This document shows, piece by piece, positions 47,416 through 57,557 of a DNA stretch of 64,000 nucleotides (its first letter is position 1; every line of letters starts with the position of its first letter). Below the pieces are notes generated by a model. That model did not search any database. It was given only the letters and a program-made list of their open reading frames with translations, and was not told the DNA's origin. Source of the DNA: Pseudovirgaria hyperparasitica (lineage: Eukaryota); assembly GCA_010093815.1 (NCBI GenBank), contig ML996568.1; one strand, given 5' to 3'. The position numbers and the translations under genes are program-made.

Positions 47416-49428
47416 ATGGCTGGATGGACACCTCTGCCGTCTAGTGATCCGGCTCACGAGGATTCCCTTGGAGATCTGGGCTCTCCAGGCCTTAGCTATG
47501 ATGATTACAGAGACACGATTCCGCTCACCGAAAACGACCAGTTCTCGCGCAGACGATCTTCCCAATTATCGCCGACGAATGAAGATGGTCTGGAAAGGCT
47601 CAAAGACCGTTCATACACCTCTGCGTCCGCGAGAAGTAGAAAAAGTCATTACTCAACATACTCCGATCTAGACAATCATCAGCACGTATACGACTACCGA
47701 AGGACGCGCAATCAGATATTCTTCAAGGGCTTTGGGGAACTCTTACTCACACTCGCACTATGTGCATCTATCATTGGGGCACTATTCTTATACCAAGGAC
47801 GTGATGCGAGGGACCCGAAGCTATTGGCCAAGTCAGACACGAGAATATTCAATGCACTGATGATAGGATTATCCCTGGCGCTTGGTTTCAACCTTGCGTC
47901 ATCATTGAAGAGTTATGCGAACATCCTCCGATGGTCTCTGCTAACACGACAGTGGTTCTCTCTCGAAGTTTTCGATCTGATCCTGGGCTGTGCTGGACAG
48001 ACGAAGCTCATGGAACTTGTATTCGTGTCTTGGCCCTGGCCCCGTGTTGGCATGATGGGAAAGTATCCTTCCAAACGCATTTGGGCTATGGGCCTTTGCT
48101 GGCTCACGGTGAATCTGAGTGCTCAGATAGCTGTTGCCGCTCTATCTCTATTCTGGCCAGCGGAACCTTCCAAGGATGGAATCCTTCTACAGCGTGGTAA
48201 TGTCTCCGTTGCAAACTTCGATCGCTGGGTTGCTGGCTACCGCCAGAACGAGCCTTACATCGATTTTGCGGAGCAAGGCGCGGCTGCCAACGATTGGGGT
48301 CGACAGGCGCAAGACTACAAGGAAATGCCTTACACGGGCTTCGAAAACGAAACTGACAGCTCGGAAACTGTCTACTATAAGAGAGATGGCTCAGAAAGAT
48401 TCTGGGAATACCGCTTTGATGACCGTAGCGTGAACAACATGCATCGGTGGACGAACCGGTACATCAGGGCCAGTGCTACCTGTCAGGAATATGAGGTGCT
48501 CGAACAGACGAGCAACTGTACGTGGACAGATAGTGACGACTACACCCACGAGAACGTGGACTGCTTCTGGTATACAAGATACGAGGGACAGCCAAACTGG
48601 TCCTATAAACTACCGCCCTATTCCTGGATGGCAGGTGCTACCACGTATATGAGTGAATATCCCGACGGACCCACACCATGTGGAGATCGCTGTGCACACA
48701 TAGCTATTTACCAACCCAAGGGGGGAGAGATCATCAGAAATGCTTTTGTCGAATGTAATGCGACTCTCAGCGAGATCAAGGACCATGACTCTACTGACAA
48801 TGACTTCACGAATCTACCTAGCGATGTCCGAGAGAAAATATACATGAACAAAACTACTGCGGCTTTTGGTGCAGGTGCCATTGGGTTAATTGGGTCTTCG
48901 CCATGGGGCGCATATTGGGACGCTGTGCAGTACAACCCTGTGCAGCGATGGAGTCCAAACGTCACAATCACCGCACCCATGATGGAAAACTTCGTAACGC
49001 GCTTTGCCATCGGTGCCGTCGCTGCATTCAACGACCACGGCCCACGTCTCATAGTTCCAGACCAGCTGAACGCGCCCATGCAAGCACAAACCCTTCAGGT
49101 CGACTGGCTATGGATATACGTCCTCGTCGGCGGTATATGTGGCATCCAGAGCGTCAGCTTGGTGCTGCTTATGATATTCGCAAACAAAGCCATTATCCTG
49201 GACGAAAGCTCATGGAGTCTGGCGAGATTGCTAATGCCTGTGGTCAAGAAGCTAGGTTCTGAGGGAAGCACCATGTCGGGGAAGGATATCGTTAATGCCA
49301 AGGTGTTTGAGGGAGAGAAAATAGCATATGGCGTCAAGACGACAGCGCATGGTAACCGAGTTGATATATTATGGAAAGGCGCAGATCGGTTGAAGCGGAC
49401 AAGCTTCCAGGCGGGGGTTTATGAATAA
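47416..49428 (+). CDS. Uncharacterised fungal membrane glycoprotein, 670 aa
   Basis: Long intronless ORF with 3-4 N-terminal hydrophobic segments, a Cys- and N-x-S/T-rich central domain and one C-terminal TM (WLWIYVLVGGICGIQSVSLVLLMIFA). Confidence 0.85.
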   Translation: MAGWTPLPSSDPAHEDSLGDLGSPGLSYDDYRDTIPLTENDQFSRRRSSQLSPTNEDGLERLKDRSYTSASARSRKSHYSTYSDLDNHQHVYDYRRTRNQIFFKGFGELLLTLALCASIIGALFLYQGRDARDPKLLAKSDTRIFNALMIGLSLALGFNLASSLKSYANILRWSLLTRQWFSLEVFDLILGCAGQTKLMELVFVSWPWPRVGMMGKYPSKRIWAMGLCWLTVNLSAQIAVAALSLFWPAEPSKDGILLQRGNVSVANFDRWVAGYRQNEPYIDFAEQGAAANDWGRQAQDYKEMPYTGFENETDSSETVYYKRDGSERFWEYRFDDRSVNNMHRWTNRYIRASATCQEYEVLEQTSNCTWTDSDDYTHENVDCFWYTRYEGQPNWSYKLPPYSWMAGATTYMSEYPDGPTPCGDRCAHIAIYQPKGGEIIRNAFVECNATLSEIKDHDSTDNDFTNLPSDVREKIYMNKTTAAFGAGAIGLIGSSPWGAYWDAVQYNPVQRWSPNVTITAPMMENFVTRFAIGAVAAFNDHGPRLIVPDQLNAPMQAQTLQVDWLWIYVLVGGICGIQSVSLVLLMIFANKAIILDESSWSLARLLMPVVKKLGSEGSTMSGKDIVNAKVFEGEKIAYGVKTTAHGNRVDILWKGADRLKRTSFQAGVYE

Positions 49429-50469
49429 TGAGCATAGGGGATAGTACAGCATAGTGATTTAGCATACTTTGGACCAATCCGGTCGCCACAGAACTTTTAG
49501 CTTCAGCTATTCTAATTTTACTCTCGGTTGAATGAGTTCTATTGTAAAAAGGATTATATGCAATTTCGGTCATATAAAACGCAATAAACTTCAGTCGTAA
49601 CTGCTCGACAGGACTGTCACTTGCTTAACATACTCATTTCACCGTTCTAATCGGCTTTATTCAAAGCTGTTGACAACTGTATTCATTAGCTACTAGGTTG
49701 GCATTAAGAGCCACTCAGCATCATCCTTCTATAGTCTCTTTTTCTAGCGCAAGCTACTTTGGTTCTGCTTCGATTAGCATACCAATTAGATTTCGGCAAG
49801 CAAACATGTGTCATATCGCCCAGGGGAGCAAGTTATTTCGACACATGCAGATGTGCCTAGTATCAAAAAACGAAGCAGATAGAGATGATATTGGTCTACG
49901 TTTATACAGCGATCAGCTCAAGATTAGTTCCCACGCTCGTACCTCTGGATGTACATTCTAAATGGTAGAGATCGTCTCAGCAATTTATGCTTCTTTTGAT
50001 TATGCCGTGAGTAAAGCCACATGAATGTACTTGGGGGAACTTCCGAATCTTACATTGGAATGGAACAATCACCCAGATTGACGTCCATCCTGTACAATTA
50101 CTGTTATACAGAATAGTCGTAGATTCATGTAGCGAAAGGTAAGCCATGAATACGGCACGAGTAGTTTAGACAAAGACATGGACGAAGTGTAAGTAGAACA
50201 TTTTCATAAAGATTTTCATCATACTCAGTCTCATAGAGTCTCTATCTAAGTGTCATAAACAAATGGAACATTGTAACCTCCCAAAGGTATCATTCTGTCC
50301 AACCTCGCGCCTCGGCGCGGGTGCGTATCTGGCGTCCCCAGCCGATCTGACCGAACGGTCTCTGTCCTCGTTCTGTGCAACTTGTGACCATATCAAATCG
50401 ATCCACGTGCGTTGTTTGAGTAAAGTTCAAGAGATCGAATTACTCGATCCCCAACATGAGAATCATCAT

Positions 50470-51168
50470 TCAGTGACCACGAACAAAGTCGTTGATCTGG
50501 CGAAGCAAGTACACCGGTGCATGCGCCTCCTCGGTCTCAACGTTCAGCGAGTAGTTCAATTGTGCGCGCTTGTTTGCACGGTGCGTGAAGCTCAAGGCGT
50601 GGTTGATTTGCTGAAGGAGGTGGGCGGCAGGAGGTGCGGCGGCGGTGATAGGCTCTGCAGTGTCATAGTCGGAGCTGTGGAACGCCTTGTTGATCTGCTG
50701 GAGCAAGTGTGCGGCAGGAGGCGCGGAGGCCGTGATCTCCTCGGCAGCAGACTTGTCGGTATGGAAAAAGGTGTTGATGTTACGGAGAAGATCGATAGCT
50801 GGGGGCGCGAGTTCCGCCTCAACTTCTGGTTCCGTAGCAGCGGGAGCGACCTCAGGCTCGACAACCTCAATGCTCTGGCGACGGGACACAGCGGGAGTGT
50901 CCATTGGCGTGGGGGCTTGAGTGAGACCAGGGGTTGGCATGATGGAGTCTACGGCAATAGCGGTGTGGCGCTTGATGGATGGTACACCGAGGGCTTGGTC
51001 GCGGGAAATGGATTTAGTGATTGCATCGTGAACCTGTTGAAGGAACAGGGGCGATGCGTCAGGAGCGGTCTTGACTTTTGAGAGGTCCATGGATGTGCGA
51101 GGGCTGTTTTCAAACATGGAATCTGTGATGACCCGGGTAAGGGCGAGAGGAGATTGGACGGCGGCCAT
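50470..51168 (-). CDS. Uncharacterised 232-aa protein with internal PP..LLQQIN repeats
   Basis: ATG in TACAATG context, CA-rich leader and TATA-like element near 51331. The 87-nt repeats diverge largely at synonymous positions in this frame. Confidence 0.8.
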   Translation of the reverse strand: MAAVQSPLALTRVITDSMFENSPRTSMDLSKVKTAPDASPLFLQQVHDAITKSISRDQALGVPSIKRHTAIAVDSIMPTPGLTQAPTPMDTPAVSRRQSIEVVEPEVAPAATEPEVEAELAPPAIDLLRNINTFFHTDKSAAEEITASAPPAAHLLQQINKAFHSSDYDTAEPITAAAPPAAHLLQQINHALSFTHRANKRAQLNYSLNVETEEAHAPVYLLRQINDFVRGH

Positions 51169-52377
51169 TGTATGTAATGCTGGCTATGGGAAAGTTGTTT
51201 TAATGTTTTGATGTATCAAAGCGAAGCAATAAGCTTGATAGTAGATGATAGAGGTGTAGAGATGTTGTTGTGATGTTGTTTGGATGCTGTGTTGTGATGC
51301 TGTATGAGAGATCCGAGAATGCTCAAGAAGATATATACAAACACACAGGAGTCCGTCTCCGGACGCAGAGGCCAGCAGCCGCAGACCTCATTTCCCACCG
51401 ATTACCACAAATAGCTATTTCGGGCACGTTGCCACACACGCATGCAGCAATACGGGCGAAAGAGACATGAATGATAAATTTCTCAGCTGTAGTTGCTCCG
51501 GCTCCGCCCGCCAGCGTTCGTCAATGATTCAGGGTTGATCCGTCGCCGACGGTGTGCAGATGACCTCGGCAACGCTGTAGGGCTGGTAGTGAACATCACC
51601 CAGCCCAAGAGAAGTATCGCGCACTTTAGCGGAGCCTTGGCGTTTACCAAAAATAGCAATCAACACCAAACGGCTGGCATCTGCTGGCGGCGTATTCGTA
51701 ACAGCCTTGCGAATGTCGAGACGCTACTACAAAGGAGTCGTCTAAGGACGCGCGTTCTTGTGTATCTGTTTTTAGAAATGCCACATGAGCCCGGCATGAG
51801 AAGTATTACTCTTGGTGTAGGTCGAGAATTGTTTGCGAAATGTATGATTGTCATGCCGAGGCTGACAGCCACCTGATCATGGAGACCAGGACAGCATCGG
51901 AGACGGAGACGGAGACGGCCATCCACGAAAATGGTACGGGTCTCCCACCACGGCTGTAGTCAGTTAGTCCTGCAAATCTTTTCAGGCAGATCACGTTGTT
52001 CATCCCTGAATAGAACCGTTGGGACTTGTTTAGATTGCCTCCATTGCTGCTTCCGTTCGCAGGCGATTGTCGGGTCTCGAGGGTTTTACACATCTAGCAT
52101 TTGTGGCATATGGGCCGTTCCACGCGCGCTGGAACACCCGCCCGCTACCCGCTCATTGATCATCAGGGTCGTGGCAATAAGACTTTTGATGCTGACTCTT
52201 GGGCAGAGCGTCCTTGAGTCTGTTGCTGTCGATGTAGTATACATGCTCAATTTCTGGTAAGCTCTGTTGGCCGGCTCCGCTGTTGCCAATCCATTGTGCT
52301 CGGCTCTCGCGCATTCGAACCGTTGCCGCAGAAATTGTCCACATGAAGGTTTCATTAAAAACCTCGTTAGCATGCTT

Positions 52378-53187
52378 TTAGCTTTTGAGTTTTCTGCGAC
52401 TGCTTTTCCTTGTGGCACCCCTGGGCAGTTCGTTGAGCTCCTCACTAATTTCAGCTTTGCGTTTTTTACTCTTTAGACCGTCGGTTGGGGTGTCTTCTTC
52501 CTGCTTGTCTTCGTTATCGCCGGCCGACTGGTCCACAGCATCCACATCTTCCTCTTGACCTTCAGCATCAATATCCACTTGTTCTTTTCCCAATACCCAG
52601 GCAACCCTTTCCGCGTCCAGGGCACTGACATTCAGCCTCTTCTTTAGCAAGTCGAATTCTTGAACCAGCATCTCATAATGCTTTGCGTTATAGTCAATCT
52701 TTCGCTGCCAGCCGCGTGTACCCGCTTTACCAGGCTTATCCCATAAACACCATCGAAAGAGCTCGTCAGAAAAGAAAGGTATAGCATCTGGCCGGTATAT
52801 GCTTAACAGAAGACTTCCAGTCGCCGGCCCAACACCGGACAGCCTTGTTACAATGGCCAGCGCTTTAGTAACGCTTACATCTTCGCTTTCGAGATCGAGA
52901 TGGGCGAATGCCTCCTTCGTGGTCCTCTCAATAGCCTCGTCACTATTGCCACGAACAAGATTCAATAGCTTTGGACGGAAGGTACCATGTTTGAGCTTCC
53001 ATTCGACAAGCTGCACTACCTCGCTGGGATCGAGTCTGCGGTCTGGCCGGTGTGTGAGAGCTTGTGGTAGCGTGCTATAGCGGAAGCGATCGAGCTCAAG
53101 TAATTTTGAAGGCACGTAGGTTTCGTATCGTGAAAGAATATCATTGAAGGTTGCAAGTGCAATCGAGTTCGTCTCATATGACGGCAT
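52378..53187 (-). CDS. Uncharacterised helix-hairpin-helix (DNA-glycosylase-fold-like) protein
   Basis: LD.FRY..LP, LVEWKLKHGTFRP.L, HhH-like L.GVGPATGSLLLS, PFFSDE, then an acidic/basic tail. Confidence 0.75.
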   Translation of the reverse strand: MPSYETNSIALATFNDILSRYETYVPSKLLELDRFRYSTLPQALTHRPDRRLDPSEVVQLVEWKLKHGTFRPKLLNLVRGNSDEAIERTTKEAFAHLDLESEDVSVTKALAIVTRLSGVGPATGSLLLSIYRPDAIPFFSDELFRWCLWDKPGKAGTRGWQRKIDYNAKHYEMLVQEFDLLKKRLNVSALDAERVAWVLGKEQVDIDAEGQEEDVDAVDQSAGDNEDKQEEDTPTDGLKSKKRKAEISEELNELPRGATRKSSRRKLKS

Positions 53188-53439
53188 CTTCAGTCTAGGG
53201 GTGCGCAATTGCTTTGCGCCAGGCATTTGAAGCTCCGGCGAAGCTTCCCCACTGCCCGGCTCCACATACCAGCAGTAGGTCCGAGCAAGCTACGAATCCT
53301 GTCATACGAGACACCTCTCATTTCAACAATGCCCAACACCACCGTCTTCGTACCTTTTAATTCCTTCGTAGTTGACCATCAATCAACATCACTGCCTTTA
53401 ACCTGAATTTGTAGCGTCCTTCATTTTCCAATCGCCAAC

Positions 53440-54136
53440 ATGCCCAAACTCTCTCCCCTCGTATCAGCCTGCGGCATGGCCCTCACGCTCAATTGCGTGT
53501 CCAACGTCATAGCCCAACGCGTGCGCGCATATCGCAACAGCGAACCCTTCGTTTTCGATTCCACGCTCTTCCTGCAATTCCTCGTCGTCGGCGTTATCAC
53601 CACGCCACCAAACTACCTCTGGCAAGGCTGGCTCGAGAAGACGTTTCCTGGCTGGAAGCTGGTTGCTAAGAGCGATGTGGAAAAGGGCATGGCTGGCGCA
53701 GACGTCGAACTAGACGAAAAGAGCGAGAAGAATGAGAAGGGGTACCAGCATAAACGAGACGAGAGCTTTGGAGACAAAGTTAGAGTACGAGACTGGATGA
53801 ACATTTTTAAGAAGTGGTTCACGGATTGCATCACGCTTGGAGCTATCTTCAACACGGTCGCGTTCCTGGTGCTGATGGGGATCCTAAAAGGCAAAAGTGG
53901 GCCTCAGATTATGACAGATATCCGCACTGTGAATACTCCCTTCATGTTGCGAAGCCTGCAGCGCACTGACGCCTAGATAGGAGACATGGAAAATCATCTA
54001 TAATAGCTACAAAGTATGGCCGATCGCCAATTTTGTCAGCACCACATGGATTCCGGTCGAGAAACGTATCGTTTTCCTAAGCTTCTGCGGTGTCCTTTGG
54101 GGGATTTACATGAGCATTGTCGCTGGTGACTTGTGA
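53440..54136 (+). CDS. Mpv17/PMP22 family membrane protein; exons 53440-53928, 53981-54136
   Basis: SNVIAQ, PPNYLWQ.WLE..FP, KVWPIANF......P...R..F......W.IYMS. Confidence 0.9.
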
Positions 54137-54446
54137 TTATGAACCAATCTTTTTAGTATCACAAGCCTCATGCGGCGATCTGGAGATAGTATCATCAAAG
54201 CTGTATTAGCATGTCATATGTGGGTATCGGATATTCGAGCTACATAATCGACAGGACGACACCATCATTTACATCGTACCGCACAAACACCTATGTTGGC
54301 CTTCCGTTCTTATATCAGGAGCCTTCCGTGCCAATTCGATAGAGCTCTAGCTTTAAAATCATGGCGTTTAGACCGATCAACCTTGGTCAAAAGAATGACT
54401 TAATCGTCTACTAGATCACATCAGTGGTTACAAACGCGTCTAACTC

Positions 54447-56306
54447 TCAATCTGCAAGCCGTTCGACTTCTGTCTTGCGGCGCTTCCGTGTTCGCCGTTC
54501 GAGGGCCGAATTTGATGGCGACTCCTGGGGTGTGTCAATTGTGTCACTGAACAGCTCAGAATAGGATTCGAGATCTTCGATTGCCGTCTCTTCGAGTGCG
54601 AAGGAGAGCCCTGTGTGTAATTGGGGAGGTTGTGATGTTACTGGAGTCTGGCTAATTGCAGGCTGCGGAACACGCTGTGGTGGATTGTAGGAAGCACTAC
54701 GATTGTCCACAAGATTTCGGACCACATCTTCCACCGTCGATAGGGCTTCCGCGGTGCGTTGCGCCTTGATCTGGACCGGATTGTCGCAGGCGGGTGAAGA
54801 GCTTTCCGATCGATCAAGCGCCGAAAGAGGACTCCTCTCTCGGACCCTCGAGCGTTGTTGGAGTATGCTATCAAGAGAGGGGAGCGGTGATGACTTAGGA
54901 GCGGAGGCATTCGGAAGCACCTCGGTCTTGCTCGGGCTCATTTTACGATGTAGTATTTTGTAAGGCAATTCCGCCACAGCTGTGATGCCCTTTGCAGAGC
55001 GAAATTTGATGATGATTTCAATCCACTGAGATCCGAATTGTTCTATCTTTTTCGGACCGATACCCTTAAGTTGACTGAGATGTTCTAATTTGGTGGGCTG
55101 GAAAAAGGCAAGATCCTGGAGAACAGTATTCGGTGCGACCATGAATGCCTTGTGAAATCCGTGCGCTGACTGCTGCTTGAACCGACAGCTTGCTAATTCG
55201 CCGTATAGCTGGCGCTCTAACGGAGTCAGGTCCGGACGAGCGTCCCTTGTTTTCTCCTTGGGCTGACGTGCTCTCTCCTGCGTGTTCGGGGCGCCCGTCT
55301 GCGGTTGAGAACCGTCTTCCGTCAGATTAATCACCTGATGTTGTTCCACGGACGACTCTCCGTATATCTCGGCTTTCGGCGGTTCAGGAGCCGGCCAAAA
55401 TTCCTCAGCAGACAGAGCTGTTCCCCCAGCCTTCCCCGGCATCAGGCGTAAGCCCTTAATACGAGAAAGTCCACCCAGAGCGTCCGCATCATCGCACAGA
55501 AGCGGTAACCCGGGCACAGGGTCCATCTCCGTCCTCTTCGCGTCCATGCAGTGATATAACACGAATCCGGCATATGCATCGTTTGCAGCATACTTCTGCT
55601 GCTCGAAGCTCAGCGGCCGCGGATTGTTCCAGTGGCTCGTCCTCACATTGCCCTTGTAAAGCTTCAACCCCATGATTTCTTGGACCTGTGTGTCAAAAGC
55701 CACGAGCTTTGTGGATAGCTCCTTTAGCCCCTTCTTGCGCTTCTCCTCGTCCGTCGTGCAAAGATGCTTTCCGCCAAACTTCACAAGCCGATATAGCCGG
55801 CTCAATTCAAATCCTGCGCGTGGTTTTAAGTCGAAAGACTTCCTCAGACGGCTGAAGTCGGCATTCATCACCGCCACACCAACCTTCACAATCTTTGCAC
55901 TTTCCAAAATAGTCCTCAGTGTAGGCGCAACGATGTCCGCTACAGTGCTCCCTTGATGAGCTGCAACGTGAAACACAGCGATTTTGCTCTCACACGCAAG
56001 CTGGATCACTGAGATCTCGTCTTTGATCGTATGGCGGCGTTTTGGATCGCCTTGCCATTCCATATCGAAGCCAAGGATGGGCTCGTTCATGAACATCTGC
56101 GCGACTTCTTCAGAGCGTTTTAGGCTCGTGCAGTAGAATAATGTGGGGGATTTACCGCTCGGATAGCGGAACTGTGAGTAATTAAACCAATCGCCGAGCT
56201 TGCGCGGGCGTTTGCATGTTAGTGGCCATTTGAAGGTATATCCATCGTTGGTTGAGGAGGTTGATGTTTCTGGGGCATTAGTCTCGACGAGTGTCGTTTG
56301 TATCAT
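54447..56306 (-). CDS. WRN-like DEDDy 3'-5' exonuclease with HRDC domain, no helicase (start uncertain; frame is open upstream to about 56447)
   Basis: ExoI GFDMEW, IQLA, ExoII KVGV....DF, S.W....LS.EQ.KYAANDA (ExoIII). HRDC LY.EL...R...AFMVAPN.VL..LA...P...L..LKGIGPKKIEQFG. Confidence 0.88.
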   Translation of the reverse strand: MIQTTLVETNAPETSTSSTNDGYTFKWPLTCKRPRKLGDWFNYSQFRYPSGKSPTLFYCTSLKRSEEVAQMFMNEPILGFDMEWQGDPKRRHTIKDEISVIQLACESKIAVFHVAAHQGSTVADIVAPTLRTILESAKIVKVGVAVMNADFSRLRKSFDLKPRAGFELSRLYRLVKFGGKHLCTTDEEKRKKGLKELSTKLVAFDTQVQEIMGLKLYKGNVRTSHWNNPRPLSFEQQKYAANDAYAGFVLYHCMDAKRTEMDPVPGLPLLCDDADALGGLSRIKGLRLMPGKAGGTALSAEEFWPAPEPPKAEIYGESSVEQHQVINLTEDGSQPQTGAPNTQERARQPKEKTRDARPDLTPLERQLYGELASCRFKQQSAHGFHKAFMVAPNTVLQDLAFFQPTKLEHLSQLKGIGPKKIEQFGSQWIEIIIKFRSAKGITAVAELPYKILHRKMSPSKTEVLPNASAPKSSPLPSLDSILQQRSRVRERSPLSALDRSESSSPACDNPVQIKAQRTAEALSTVEDVVRNLVDNRSASYNPPQRVPQPAISQTPVTSQPPQLHTGLSFALEETAIEDLESYSELFSDTIDTPQESPSNSALERRTRKRRKTEVERLAD

Positions 56307-57557
56307 CTTGGTGCTTGGAGGGGAGGGCCCAATTTCGGGAGGCTCATCCAAGGCTGCCGATATCTCTAAACGGATCCAAACGGGCAAATATATCCAAACT
56401 TGCAATGGCTTTTCTATGTCAACTTCGACGATATATGAACGTTGCAACGCGTCCAGTCGCGTGCCTGTTGAGTGGCCTACACACAGTAAACAGAGTGGCG
56501 ATATCGGCCAGAAATCTCGAGGTCTCTATCAGCCGCGATTAACCGCACATGGCACTCTTGAGGTCAAAGAACGATGTCTATTACACCCTTGGTACAACTA
56601 GACACACAAATATCGATGAATGATGTTGTTGATGATTACTAAGTTCAGGTGGTGAAATGAGGGAGCGTTATACCAGTGGATGCCTTGGGCTGCCTGCTGG
56701 TGATGCAAAGCCACTAGTCCATGCAAAGCCACTTCCTTCTTCAGCCACCATCAATCCTTTTCCAACATCATCCAATGATCATAGCGCGTAGCCGAGATCC
56801 TGCAGCCAAAGTACCGGCTGCAGAGTTTGCATCAGCACGACGCGTCCTGTGTCTCGGCTCCAGCACGGTCAAATGTGGATTATGACGATTCATCACACAC
56901 ATCAAATAGCGACGTTGAGTACGAATACGGCCCTTCAGTGCTAGAGGTGTCATCCATGCTACTGTCTCGCTTAAGTGATGCGGCACTGTGGCCCAGTCAC
57001 CGCCAGATATACCGAAAATAGCATCCCGGCTCACCAATTTGGCTTCTCAAGTTTAGCAGGATGGTTTGACTTTCCACGTCATATGAAAAGCGCCGAATAT
57101 TGATGTATTCTATTACCATTCTGAAACAGGCCCAATCAGATCATATTTTCAAACATTTGCTGATTATTGAGTCGTGTCGTTGCGATTGGCTGCATACACA
57201 CATGTCGTTCTTGCTGAATACTTCCAGACGATGATGAATGCAATTCCATGATCCATGATGAGGAAGCCAGGGCGGGTGCAACGTTGATCCCTATAATACT
57301 GCAGCTTTGTCTGGCGGTGGAGCTTGCGGCACAGCACCATGGCTTAAATGATTGTTCATACAGTCACAAAGTTGCCGGATCTCTATGATAGTCAAGGGTC
57401 TGGGTATCAGATCTTAGGCCTTGCGATGCACATGTAGCTTCACAAGAGGCTCTCTCGGCTGAATTATTGTGGTCTCATGTCGTTCAGAAAAGTGCTCAGA
57501 AACTAAACAATATAGCCCATAACATTTACAACACACTGAATACACTACTCTCAAGCC

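Noticed and set aside
50263..51081. 272-aa plus-strand ORF
   Set aside because: Antisense shadow of the repeat-protein gene; the promoter and start context favour the minus strand.
57225..57300. Two ATGATGA (C-box-like) motifs suggesting a C/D snoRNA
   Set aside because: No suitably placed CTGA D box or terminal stem.
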